A stretch of 64,000 nucleotides of DNA from Haliotis cracherodii. Taxonomy: Eukaryota. This document shows, piece after piece, positions 25,353-36,900 of this stretch. A program made the translations under genes and the position numbers. The notes under the pieces were generated by a model that worked only from the letters and a program-made list of their open reading frames with translations, was not told the origin of the DNA and ran no database searches. The DNA lies in the NCBI RefSeq assembly GCF_022045235.1, contig NW_027266308.1, positions 22,506,001 to 22,570,000 of the forward strand, written 5' to 3'. Within the stretch, counting starts at the first letter, position 1; every line of letters begins with the position of its first letter.

Positions 25353-26938
25353 ATAAATGCACACTTCTGTATGAAATATCACTGTCTTGTGAAGAAGAAA
25401 TACCATTGTCTTGTGAAGAAAACACAACCGGTATCTGAGGAATCCTTTATTTGATAGACTTGGTAATATTGATATTTGGCGAACAGTTCCTGGGACAAGA
25501 ACATCAATTCAAGGAAATATATTGATTGTTTAAATGTTTATAACAATATATACATTTTGTTACAAAATGCTAAACAATTGTACTGTTATTATGGTTGTGT
25601 TTCAGCAGAAAGAGTACATTGATATGCACATGATACATTAAGGTACACCTGTAACTAACACACACATGACCAACTGATCAGGAAGTCACTTCCTTTATAA
25701 AATACAGTGTATTATCACAAAAACTTTGATGCTGTTGATTAGCTAAAATATTACAAATTGACAGATATATTTATCTAGTTTTACAGTAACTAAAGACACT
25801 TTTCAATGATTGTTTACATATTACACATCTTCGTGATTTATTGATTGGTAATTGTTTAATTATTAATAAATGATATTAATTTGACAGTCATATGCCAGGA
25901 TAGGTGACTGAAAAAGGGAGAATTTAACCATGCGAATATCATACGACATCCTGACAATGACATGTAATCAATCGCTTCTTCCTGTTTTTAGATTATTTAT
26001 TTTCTAGGTTCTTGGTATCTAAGTTCTGGGCATCTTTTACTGGGGGTTTGTTAACCTTCAGTGTTCACGTGGTGCGTATTACAATTCTATATTACTTTTG
26101 TGCACATCCAATAGTTAAGAACCAGATAGTATGCCAAATATCGACGAATCTGTCAAGACTCTACCATGGCTCTTAGTTTCACATTTAATACACATAATAC
26201 CATATTTTCTTGTGTATATTGCACACATGATAGTGTAACACCAGAAATACCATGTCAATAACAGCATAACAGGAAATAAAAATGAAATTGTAAATCATCA
26301 CGTCAAGTGGTGTTTTATTGCAAATGTCACATGTTCATTGACAAAAATTGTTATCTCCTGTTTGTTTATCTGAAGCGTAATTATGTAGTTTTCAACTTCA
26401 TAGAAGCGACGATATCGTAATTTTCCCTAAATTTAACCAAGAATGAGTGATGCATTTTACTCAAGTGCGCATGATACACAAGTAAATACAGTAGGTATAC
26501 ATATCTTAACAATAATGTATAAACAATCAGGTCAACAGTCAACAAACAACACTGGCGCTGTTCCTCAGGGCCACAGAAGTGACAGGTACAGACTTCATTT
26601 GGGTCGAGACATTGTAAAACATTCAGACATGACAACTTCTTTGAGGCATTTAGACCTTAGAGTCGAAGTAAGGAAAAGATATATGAATGAACAACTTCTT
26701 TATTACAATTTGGAGTGACATTTCGGTGTAAGATCTAACAAAAGGATTATGACTGATTTGGGATATGATAAGTTGATTGTATGCAGGGGGTATGTAACAG
26801 CAGGGCTTTGCAAGGCTATTACATACCCTCTACATACCAACAAAGACCCTATTCAGTCATAATCCTTATATTTATACTACTGCCTTCACCTGTTAGGATG
26901 TTTACTTATATCACCCTTCTCTGTGTACATAACAGGCG

Positions 26939-27210
26939 ACCCGTGAAGATCCGGGGTAGAATAGATCTTCAGCAACCCATGCTTGCCGTAAAAGGCGACT
27001 ATGCTTGTCGTAAAAGGCGACTAATGGGATCGGGTGGTCAGGCTCGCTGACTTGGTTGATGCATGTCATCGTATCCCAACTGCGTGGATCGATGCTCATG
27101 ATGTCAATCACTGGATTGTCTGTTCCAGACTCGATTATTTACAGACCGCCGTAATATAGCTGGAATGTTGCTGAGTGCGGCGTTAAACAATAAACAAACC
27201 AACCAACCAA
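26939..27210 (+). mobile_element. SINE-like family A, full-length copy
   Basis: Complete consensus; target-site duplication ACA(T/C)AACAGGC on both sides. Confidence 0.92.
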
Positions 27211-27244
27211 CACAACAGGCTCCTCCACTCCAGTGTACCTACAT

Positions 27245-27897
27245 CCCCATCTACACACTGCTCATACCTGTATATATGCTTGTGAACCATGCTCTGAACA
27301 TCACTTGCTTGATATCAGTAAATCTACCCCATCTACACACTGCTCATACCTGTATAATGCTTGTCAACCATGCTCTGAACATCACTTGCTTGATATCAGT
27401 GAATCTACCCCATCTACACACTGCTCATACCTGTATAATGCTTGTCAACCATGCTGTGAACATCACTTGCTTGATATCAGTGAATCTACCCCATCTACAC
27501 ACTGCTCATACCTGTATATATGCTTGTCAACCATGCTCTGAACATCACTTGCTTGATATCAGTGAATCTACCCCATCTACACACTGCTCATACCTGTATA
27601 ATGCTTGTCAACCATGCTCGGAACATCACTTGCTTGATATCAGTGAATCTACCCCATCTACACACTGCTCATACCTGTATAATGCTTGTCAACCATGCTG
27701 TGAACATCACTTGCTTGATATCAGTGAATCTACCCCATCTACACAGCTCATACCTGTATAATGCTTGTCAACCATGCTGTGAACATCACTTGCTTGATAT
27801 CAGTGAATCTACCCCATCTACACACTGCTCATACCTGTATATATGCTTGTCAACCATGCTCTGAACATCACTTGCTTGATATCAGTGAATCTACCCC
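27245..27897. repeat. About 81-bp minisatellite, 8 units
   Basis: Units start at 27245, 27327, 27408, 27489, 27571, 27652, 27733 and 27812. Confidence 0.97.
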
Positions 27898-28332
27898 GAA
27901 ACATTGCTCCAAATTGTAATAAAGAAGTTGTTCATCCATATACGTCACCCTTACAAATTCAGACATGATGTACGATCAGTACATACAGAGAGGACTTCAC
28001 ACACCTGGTCCTTGTATGAAAACGTGGCTCAAATCAGACTTTATTTCAAAGATCAAGACACAACCAAATCAACACATTTTTTGTAAAACCATTAACAGTG
28101 AAGTAATTATTATATGGTCAGTACAATATGAAGAATTGTTCTGTTTGTGTGTGGTAAATATGTTTTAATAAAAATATCTATATAATGTAAATATATTACA
28201 AACAGACATGAATCCCGTCTGACAGAAATTATGAATATAACTTTGATTTATTAAATCTTTACAGAAGCATCTTCCTGAGACAGATGTCTATGTATAATGA
28301 ACTAGTAATCTGTGATGTAAATATACTATAAT

Positions 28333-28363
<31 letters not shown>

Positions 28364-28539
28364 AAACTGATGAACTCAATTAATTAGAGAACCATCACAT
28401 GATGCCATTTAAATGATAAGGCCACACATTTTATATTTTTTGTTTCACGGGCCCCATCACCCCTACTGAAAAGCAGCCCGTCTGAGGAAAAAATTAAACA
28501 TTATTATGTCTCCTGCTAGTAATTTAGACCCGCTTATAC

Positions 28540-29110
28540 ACTTTAGTAAAATTGAAATATTTTTTACATTTGTATACTTATCCTGCATTACTCTTTAATT
28601 TACTGCTTACCTTACAACAATAATGGACAGCGCTTAGCTATGGTCTTAGGTGAAAAAAAAAAAGTTGTTTCACTCTCAGATCCCTCTTTGGAGAGCTCAA
28701 TTGGTGGAATAGTGAAGGAACGATCGGGTTGGCCTGGACATTGAGATTTCGCTATAAAATGCCAGCACAACACAAGATGTAGCACACCCTATGTACCAAG
28801 CTCAAACCGGAGACTGGTGATGTCAAGTGCGTGTAAAAGCTAAAGCCAATAGAAATTTATATTTTCTTGGTGAGGTCATGACATTAGGATGTGTTTAGGG
28901 GTTGAAGTGGGGGGGGGGCTCATAAACCCTGAAGTACCACATTCAAATCCCAAGCAGGGGGGCGGAATTTGGCCTTCTTGTCCTCAAGCCTAAAAGAGCC
29001 AAGTAGTTCCTGGACCTTGGTCATCTTACGATTTCTCCAGAAAGGCCAACACTGAATTGAATCAAGGTCACATGACAGTGGCGATGGTCCATATAAAAGT
29101 GGGATCTGAG
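28540..29110 (-). mobile_element. DIRS-like (tyrosine recombinase) retrotransposon fragment
   Basis: Minus-strand RLEDKKAKFRPPAWDLNVVLQGL resembles the PxWDLxxVL motif of DIRS1-type elements. The 28541-28593 motif recurs inverted at 49793-49845. Confidence 0.55.
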
Positions 29111-30485
29111 AGCGAAACAACTTTTCTCTTCACCCAAAACATCACAAGGCGCTGTCCTTAGGTAAGCAGTAAATGCATAAGGAGTTATTGCAGGATGAGT
29201 AAAAAATATAAAATGTTATATCTTTACCGAATTCCATGTCTACTATCAGTGATTGAAGAGGCCACCTGCAGTTTAAATCTTCAGCAGAATCACTTTCATA
29301 TGAATAAATAAACAAATAATTGACATTTATTTTAATTATTTTATTCCGACCGACTTTGAAACATAAAATTAAAAAAGTGTGGCCTAAAATACTCCCAGAG
29401 TAAAGCACACATTAAAAATAGCAGTTGGATAATGTTACTCGAACTTGATCTAACATGTACCAATCAGTAAATCTTACATTTTATAACTCAAGATATTGCC
29501 ACATATTGCAGTCGTTTATACATCACTTTATTATACATACTTTTCATATCTTGAAAGGGATACTGACATTTCTCTAAGACACATGAAACTGATTACTTCT
29601 TAATTGGATCTTATTTTGCCAAGGCATACGTTTCAGTATCCCTATCAAAAGTTGAGTACCATATTTAGTGGTAACAACTATAAAAGTTTATTTGACCTGT
29701 CAGGTTAGGACAGCGACCATTAATAACATAACATTTCAGTATTTGGTAATTCAGAGGTAATTCATCCATCCTTACTTGTTGAATAAACTTCATCTGCTTG
29801 AGCCATTGTTCTTTTATTCCTTGGATCACGGATCCGCTGACCCTTTTTTCTTCAAAATTGGAAAATATTTATAATCCAAATTTACACTTATTTTTTGCCT
29901 GCTGACACATCATACATGCACACTTATTTTGAGATTACTCAGTGTGTAAAAAAAATCATCTATAAAACTTATCATGCTCAATTTGACATTATTGTTTTCT
30001 CAAAATCGTTCAGTGCCAGACTTAATCAACATGGCATGATGTCAGCTTTTTTCAAATCTTTTTATTCCCTCCTCCGACTTTGACCAAAAAAATCTGTGAT
30101 CCAACAAATACAAAAATGGCCATAGATATGTGAAAAGTGACCCTAAAAAAATATATCTTTTTTTCTTGAGCATATTGAGCAAAATGTACATTGTTTGATA
30201 TGAGAAGGATAATACTACTGACACTTTGTGGAAGGAATCATTCTAATATCACAATAACAACGATAATACATTAACAGTAGCATTTCATTCAGTGAAAACA
30301 AAAAACTTTGGCTTTCTAAGGTCCACTTCTGTGAATACTGGTAAAATACTGAAGGATAAAATGACATCGTAATGCTGTAAAGGATGTAACTGCAGAGAAG
30401 TGCACGTTGTTACATTTAATGTGTAGATGTAACAGATGCAGCACAGCACAGACCGTAAAGAAAACGGATATTTTCGGACAGAATA

Positions 30486-33400
30486 CTACAGAACTCCATC
30501 ATGTGCTGTGGAGGTACCAACATCCTGCACAAAGTACTCCTCCTGTTCCAGATCAGCATGTCCACCCCCCCTAGCAGGTACCTGGTTCTGGGGGGATATC
30601 TGTGGTGGAGGAAATGAACTTTGACCTACAGGAAGTGGCCAGTGAGGAGGTGATATTGGGTTTGCAGGGGGTTGTGGGATGCTTGTGGGCATTTCAAGAT
30701 TGGCTGGTGCTGGCTGGACTTCAGGGGGAAACATCGCTGTTGGGGGGTACCTTTCTACAGGGGGTGACATCGCTGCAGGGGGAGACATCACGTCTGGTTG
30801 GGGCTGTGGCAGGCATGAATCTGGGGGTAATGACACAGCTGCAGCAACACCTGGTGATACAGGAGTGAAGGCTTGCTGTGCTTCTGCTGCATGCTTTGCT
30901 TCAACACTCTTGTGGTAGTCTAGCAACAGCTGAGCTTTGTCAGGACGCATTTGATCCCATACAAATGCACCATGGCGCTAAAACAATATTTGGAACACAT
31001 CAAAGTGGTTCTATTGACTTTATTAATAAATACTGTAAACTACGGTTATAACGAAGTCAAAGGGACCACTAATCTTAGTTCCTAATAACCTTAGTTTGTT
31101 GTAAGCATATATACAGCATATATACAACAATTGTCCGGGACTAAAAAATAAGTTTGTTATATCAGTAAGTTCGTTATAAGCGTTGTCGTAATAAACATAG
31201 TTTACTGTAATGTGATAATCGTAATATCAAATATTGATAGTGATCATAATCATACTTAAGTTAACACAGTATTCTATGGTCTAAGGTCCTCTTGCATCAA
31301 GAAATCCATCCCTGCATGAATGCATTTTATTATGCTTATTTCTGCTTTTTGACAAAATGAAAATCCAAATGCGATATTAGCACAGTTTGTACCATAAAAA
31401 ATGAAAAGAAAAAAGGTTACCCAGCACCAAATGCATATTTCAAGATTAAAATCTATCCTTAAATAATGATGGTTCAATGTCAATAGTCCGAGGATAAACA
31501 GGTATTGAGGTATAAACTGTTTGCTGAGAACACCTCTGTTCAAACAAATGAAGACTGTTACTATGTAAACTTGGAAGAATGAATTATCAATGAAGGATGA
31601 CATAATATACCATACCTTGGACCTGATTGGGTAGTTTGGATCTCCCCGACTGTCATACTGATGCTCAAATGAAATACCTTCCTTGTACAGTTTCTTGTCA
31701 CCAGATCGAGAGCGAAGGAAGTTCACTGGAACTAATTGTTGGAAAGAGCATGATAAAAGTTGAATAACAGCATTTGAGTTGTAAATGAACAATCAACACA
31801 CAATTAATCAGTAATATTAGCCATTGTTATGCACTCAGTGAATTAATCCTGAGGGGTGTGAGTTGTGCAAAACTTTGTGTTTGAATCCACTAACTTGTCC
31901 CTTATCATTAACTTGGCATTACCAGCTTACAAGCATATTTGTTTTACTGAGCTCCTGCTACAAGCTGAAGATTATGGCTGGGATGAGTCCAAATTTACTA
32001 CCCGGGTACCCACCCCATTATTACCCCACCCTACCACTGGTACCAGCTGCAGGTCTCAAGAAATAGGTACAAAATGTCCAATTGTGAATAGTTTGCGTGT
32101 AGACCTGGACAAAATGTATTTAGATACACATATAAAATGATCTGGTCATGCATACACTGAAGTTGACTGAAGTTTTATCTTTATTCAAACATATAAAAGT
32201 CAGAACGAATGGGTGCATAGTCAGAAAGAAATGCAAACATTAGTGACTTCTAGTGTATAGTTCTGGATGAATTGTGTCATTAAACAATATTTCACATGAC
32301 TAACCAAGGCTAGGTAGTCATGTGGGTACCCAGGTCCTTCTCAGTACCCACCCTACCCAAGTACCCGAGTTACCCATCCCAGCCCTACTAAAGATGCTCA
32401 CTGGTGATGATGTCACATGGATATAGCTTTTTTTTACTAAACTTAGTATTTAACATAACTAAAATATAAATAACTTGCTGTCTTTTTACATGTTTGTCTC
32501 TTAACAGGTACCTCAAAAGGGAAATATCAACGCTGGCAAAAGGAAATTCATGTTTCATCAGTAAAAAACTCTGAGGAGCAAGTTGTCACCGATCTCAATC
32601 TTGGTAAACTAACCTGTTCCTAAAGCAGGCTCCTTATTTGGATTAGCCAGGTGACGGGTGGAGCCCAGTGGAACAGCTTCCTTTGCAAACTGAAAATCTG
32701 TTCTTTGTGTTGTGTCTCGTGTGTATTCAGGTTGGTTGAGAGGGTCAGAGCTTGTCCGAGATGGCCACCAGTTGTGTTGGTCTGGGTAGGTACTCCTCGT
32801 AAACACTGTGCATACAGGTTCATTCAGCAATCTGGCGTCATGTCGCAAAAAGCCACAGCTAACAGGTTGGGGATTATGAGCCCGGAAATCTGGAGTTGTG
32901 TGGGGTAGAGCTCTCGTCTCTCTGATTGATATATCTGGCAATAACTTCCTGGCTGGCCTTGGATCAGAGGCATACACAGGTTTAATGACTGCATCTTGAA
33001 ACTTTGGATGGAAATCCTCGGCATCAAGGCTCACAACCCTGAAGGTGTCAGGACTGGAATAGAAACATAACAGGGATGTGTGTCAGGCGGAAAATATGTC
33101 GGATCTGAAAAGAACAATTGTTTTGTTCCTGTTACTTGATGGAAAAACACAGGACGGGGCAAGATATTTGCGTAAATATTAATTTACTGTTCTCTCCAAA
33201 CAAGGCAGGCTGCCATATGCTTATACATAATGATGCACCATAATACACAATACAAAATGCAATTTTGTTACTTGTTTTATATATTTGCTGAAAATAAATT
33301 GGACAGGGGCCAAGACATTTGTGTAAAACTAATTAAAAGTTATAATTATATTGATATGTACATAAAATAAAATACTTTATGAAGGAAAGATGAACACTTC

Positions 33401-33809
33401 TGATGAAAACACTTCAGTAACTACACATATCTTTATTTTAGGCCTTAGCACCCCCAACGCACCTACCTATCCTCTACTAGCTAGGGCTATAGCCTTGGCC
33501 AACACTTGATCAACTGTTGATCAGATTGTTCTACGGGTACAATTCACACTTTAACCTATTTCTTTTGATACCTGTTCCTACGTTGTACCACTGGCAATGT
33601 GCATGTATTGATTGATACCTGTTACTATTCATTAATGATTGATTGGTGGACGACAAAGGCATGTATGAGTGAACATATGATTATGATCATAAACGCCGCT
33701 TTTGCCTTGGCATACTGATGTAACACCCGTAAAATAATCTTTACTACACCTACTTGTACTTTTCTGGAACCCTCTTCTTTCGCGCTATTGGCGGCATATA
33801 CGTTGCCAT
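30486..33809 (-). CDS. C2orf73: C2orf73/CIMIP6-like ciliary microtubule inner protein; 4 coding exons, 367 aa, Pro-rich C-terminus
   Basis: Exons 33809-33754, 33053-32614, 31731-31616, 30977-30486 (1104 nt; phases 2/1/0). Motifs ARLLNEP..WW..Y..TTQRTDFQ and ISFEHQYDSR..PNYPIRSKRHGAFV match my recollection of human C2orf73. Confidence 0.8.
31032..31208. mobile_element. Short Tc1/pogo-type MITE
   Basis: Imperfect terminal inverted repeats TACTGTAAACTACGGTTATAACGA / TCGTAATAAACATAGTTTACTGTA with internal GTTATAA repeats. Confidence 0.55.
31973..32387. mobile_element. hAT-type MITE
   Basis: TIR TA(T/G)GGCTGGGATG; 8-bp TSD CT(G/A)AAGAT; GGGTACCC subterminal motifs. A related short copy lies at about 61301-61395. 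Confidence 0.7.
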
Positions 33810-33957
33810 CGTGCTATATTTGTTTTGATGGCGTTATCATTAATAAAATGGTGTCATAAACTTTTTTCACTTGGCGGAAGCCGCCATATTGTTGTCATGT
33901 CGTCGCCCCTAGAAACGGAAGCGGAAGTGACAGCCATACTTGACAACAATAAACAAA
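33810..33957. promoter_or_regulatory. Compact bidirectional promoter (C2orf73-like / SPATA17)
   Basis: Only 148 bp between divergent ATGs. YY1-like GCCGCCATATT (33880-33890), X-box-like GTCGCCCCTAGAAAC (33902-33916), tandem ETS CGGAAGCGGAAGTG (33916-33929). Confidence 0.75.
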
Positions 33958-36900
33958 ATGGCGGCGATGGTGAGGTTGATGCGACAAATTGATGGTGTTA
34001 TAGAAGAATGCTATAACCGAAAAAAGTAAGTTTAATGTCAATTGTGTACGTGAAAATTTTATATTGTGGCAATGGGTTACTATGACCTGTCGGAATTTCA
34101 TTATTCATCGGTTTTTCTTATAAGGGCAAAAGGAAACATGGTTGTGATTGTTGTTGACTGTCTGAGTCTCTGAAGGGCCCTGAAAATGTGATATGAGAAC
34201 ACCTGCTACCAAATAAATACTAGCAACATAAGGAAAGGCTATAAAACTGCTATAGTGACTCAAAACATGCTTGCCTATACTATGCTTATCTAGTACAGTA
34301 GTTAAACAAACCCATGGACAACAACTTTCGACAATTTCTTTTCATTTGATTTTAATGTCGAGGTTTGTTGCACTTGCAGGATACCATCTTCCCGAGGCAA
34401 AGAGCATCCACTAGCCTTTTATCAAAGTATTGAACCTAGGCTATGATACAGGCTATTGGCCACGCTTGCCTCGGGAAGATGGCAGGATACATGTCAGACT
34501 ATATCCTGTTTAGTTAATTGTGTGAGTCCCTCAGACACGTTTTACAATTTATTTGATGTCAATGTTCATAATTATATAAATACGACATCGAAAACGTTTT
34601 TCCTGCTGTTAAAATATTCATCTAGTGAGTAGATACTTTGTCAATGGATTGTCCTTGCCAGACATAATAATGAAAATGGGATGTCACATGAATACAAAAC
34701 CCTGAGACCTCCTTCACAATATCACTGTATAATAATAATTTGAATAATTAATCAGTTGGAAAAGAATATAATGGGGGACTGTTAGAGTGCTTTTATACCC
34801 AACCATGGCTAAGAGTTAAAAAAAACCCATTCTGACAGCTTTCACAAACTCTCATGCTAGGGCAATGGTATCTGACCAATGTTAACTTTCTGAAATGATC
34901 CTGAGGTGGAAAAGGGAAAAATATATAAAACAATGATGGATGCTGAATATTTAATAAAATTGTACAGCTCTGGTAATTTTGAACATATACCAAACCTGTA
35001 TTCAAATGAACGAAACCTGTACCCCTGAAGATCCCGGTTAGAATTGATCTTCAGCAACCCGTGCTAGAGGCAAGGGCGGTCGAGAAGCCTTTTGATTAAA
35101 GCTTACGCCCGTCACGCTGAAGACCCAAGTTCGATTCCCAACAGAGGTACAATGTGTGAAGCCCATTTGTGGTGTCCCCCACCGTGATATTGCTGGAATA
35201 TTGCTAAAAGCGGCATAAAACCATACTCACTCATTAGAGGCAGCTAACAGGATCAGGTGGTCAGGCTCAGTGAATCAGTTGATGCATGTCTGGAATATTG
35301 TTGAGTGTCACGTTAAACAACAAACAAACAGAACATGTGAGTGTCCCTACTTGTCTATTATACTTTATAGGTGAGCATCCCTCTTCTTTATTCACATTCC
35401 CTACAAATTACGGGCATGTGTTGTATTATGTACATGTTGCATATTCATTGACTTTACTGACAATAAATCTATACTGTGAATGTTCATGAATTTGATTACA
35501 TGCTTTTTTTAATAGTGAGGCTGAAGAGCAGAGAGAGGCTGAATATGTTGCAGCTGTTAAGGTTCAAGCCTGGTTTAGAGGAACACGATCTCGGAGCTAT
35601 CTGGGGTAATTTGTGGAGGCCATATGACATAAACATTTACTTTACAACCATTTGGGTAAACCATGGTGAAATGGGCAGATATTTTATTTTGTGACACCAT
35701 TATTTTGATCATACTGCCTTTTACTACAAACTGTTATATTTTTTCATGGTATGTGGTAGAAAAGTTTCTAAATTAGCATACTAAAGTATCTAGAAGTTTG
35801 ACAGTACATTTATCATGTTTATGGGTTAGGGTCAAGAAACAAAAACTTATTTCAGATTCTATTTTGGAATGATTTTTGTTCAAAGTTTATTCAAATTAGT
35901 TTAGGGGGCACAGGTGGAACAGTCGAATCCCCGGTTTGCCCTGATTATGTTTCTAGGTTTGTCAGCACCATACCTGTGCTGGTGGGTTTCGCCAAAGTGG
36001 TAAACATCTGAGACCTGCATCACTTCAGGATTTCTTCCCACATTAAGCTGACACGCCATGATATAACTGGAAAAAAGTTAAAAGTGGCGTTAAACTCAAC
36101 TCTGTCACTCACTCAAATTAGTTTAAATGAAATTCACTGCAATTACAAAACAATCTTATCTATTCTGATTAGGATGCAATCAGAAGAGAGATTTCTCTAT
36201 TCAACAATCTATTGGAACAATATTTCGATTAAATATGGATGCTAATTGATATGATAGATGTAATATCAGACATATTATGAATTATGCAATCTGTTCCCTG
36301 ACTTAACAATTGTAGGTTCCTGAACAAATGTGCAACATCTGTTCAAAAAACATGGAGGGGCTACCTTGGACGTCAGTACTACCGGCAGCTTGTCAAGGTG
36401 ATTATGTGTGTTGATCGTCTTAAGGTCTTATAAAGTTGACCACAATACTCAATTACGTCTTTTTGAAGAACTTTATACTTTACAGGGTTGTTTTTTTCCC
36501 AAGATAACATTTTGAAGAGTTTTAACATGCTATGAATATAAAAGTTTCTACTGTAAATGTATTTTGTGTTCTCAGAACAGTGTATTCATCATGAAGCTGA
36601 ATCACTACAACGCAATGGCCACCAAGGTGATTACTCTATACATTGGTTTCTTATCAAGATACTTCTTTGAATTGTTAAAAAAAACATCATCACAACTATG
36701 TCTTTTACTAAAAAAGTCAGTTTTACCTTACCTGATGCAACACCTATAGCACTGTGTAGCGTCAGGTCCGTATAAAAACATTGCATTTAATCAGAAACGT
36801 TCATTTTTCTATCTAAAAAGGTAGTATGTTATCAATAATAATAATTTTCCATGAGTATTCTAAACCTGTATAGATTGCCCGCAACTTTGGCCACAAGTCA

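Larger units (their letters stand above)
26681..27941 (+). mobile_element. Fold-back relic, probably a Penelope-like element 3' end with an inverted partial copy
   Basis: Outer inverted arms 26681-26735 / 27887-27941; inner arms 26742-26803 / 26814-26867. GYYIPSTYQ peptide right after the symmetry axis. CCGAAAC...AATAAAG terminal motif. Confidence 0.5.

Noticed and set aside
27165-27864. 198-aa and other Cys/His-rich repetitive ORFs
   Set aside because: They are translations of the 81-bp minisatellite, begin inside a SINE and shift frame between units.
27860-27910. Active hammerhead ribozyme
   Set aside because: GAAAC is present but there is no CUGANGA core or stem II. Other CTGATGA hits I noticed also lack a following stem and GAAA.
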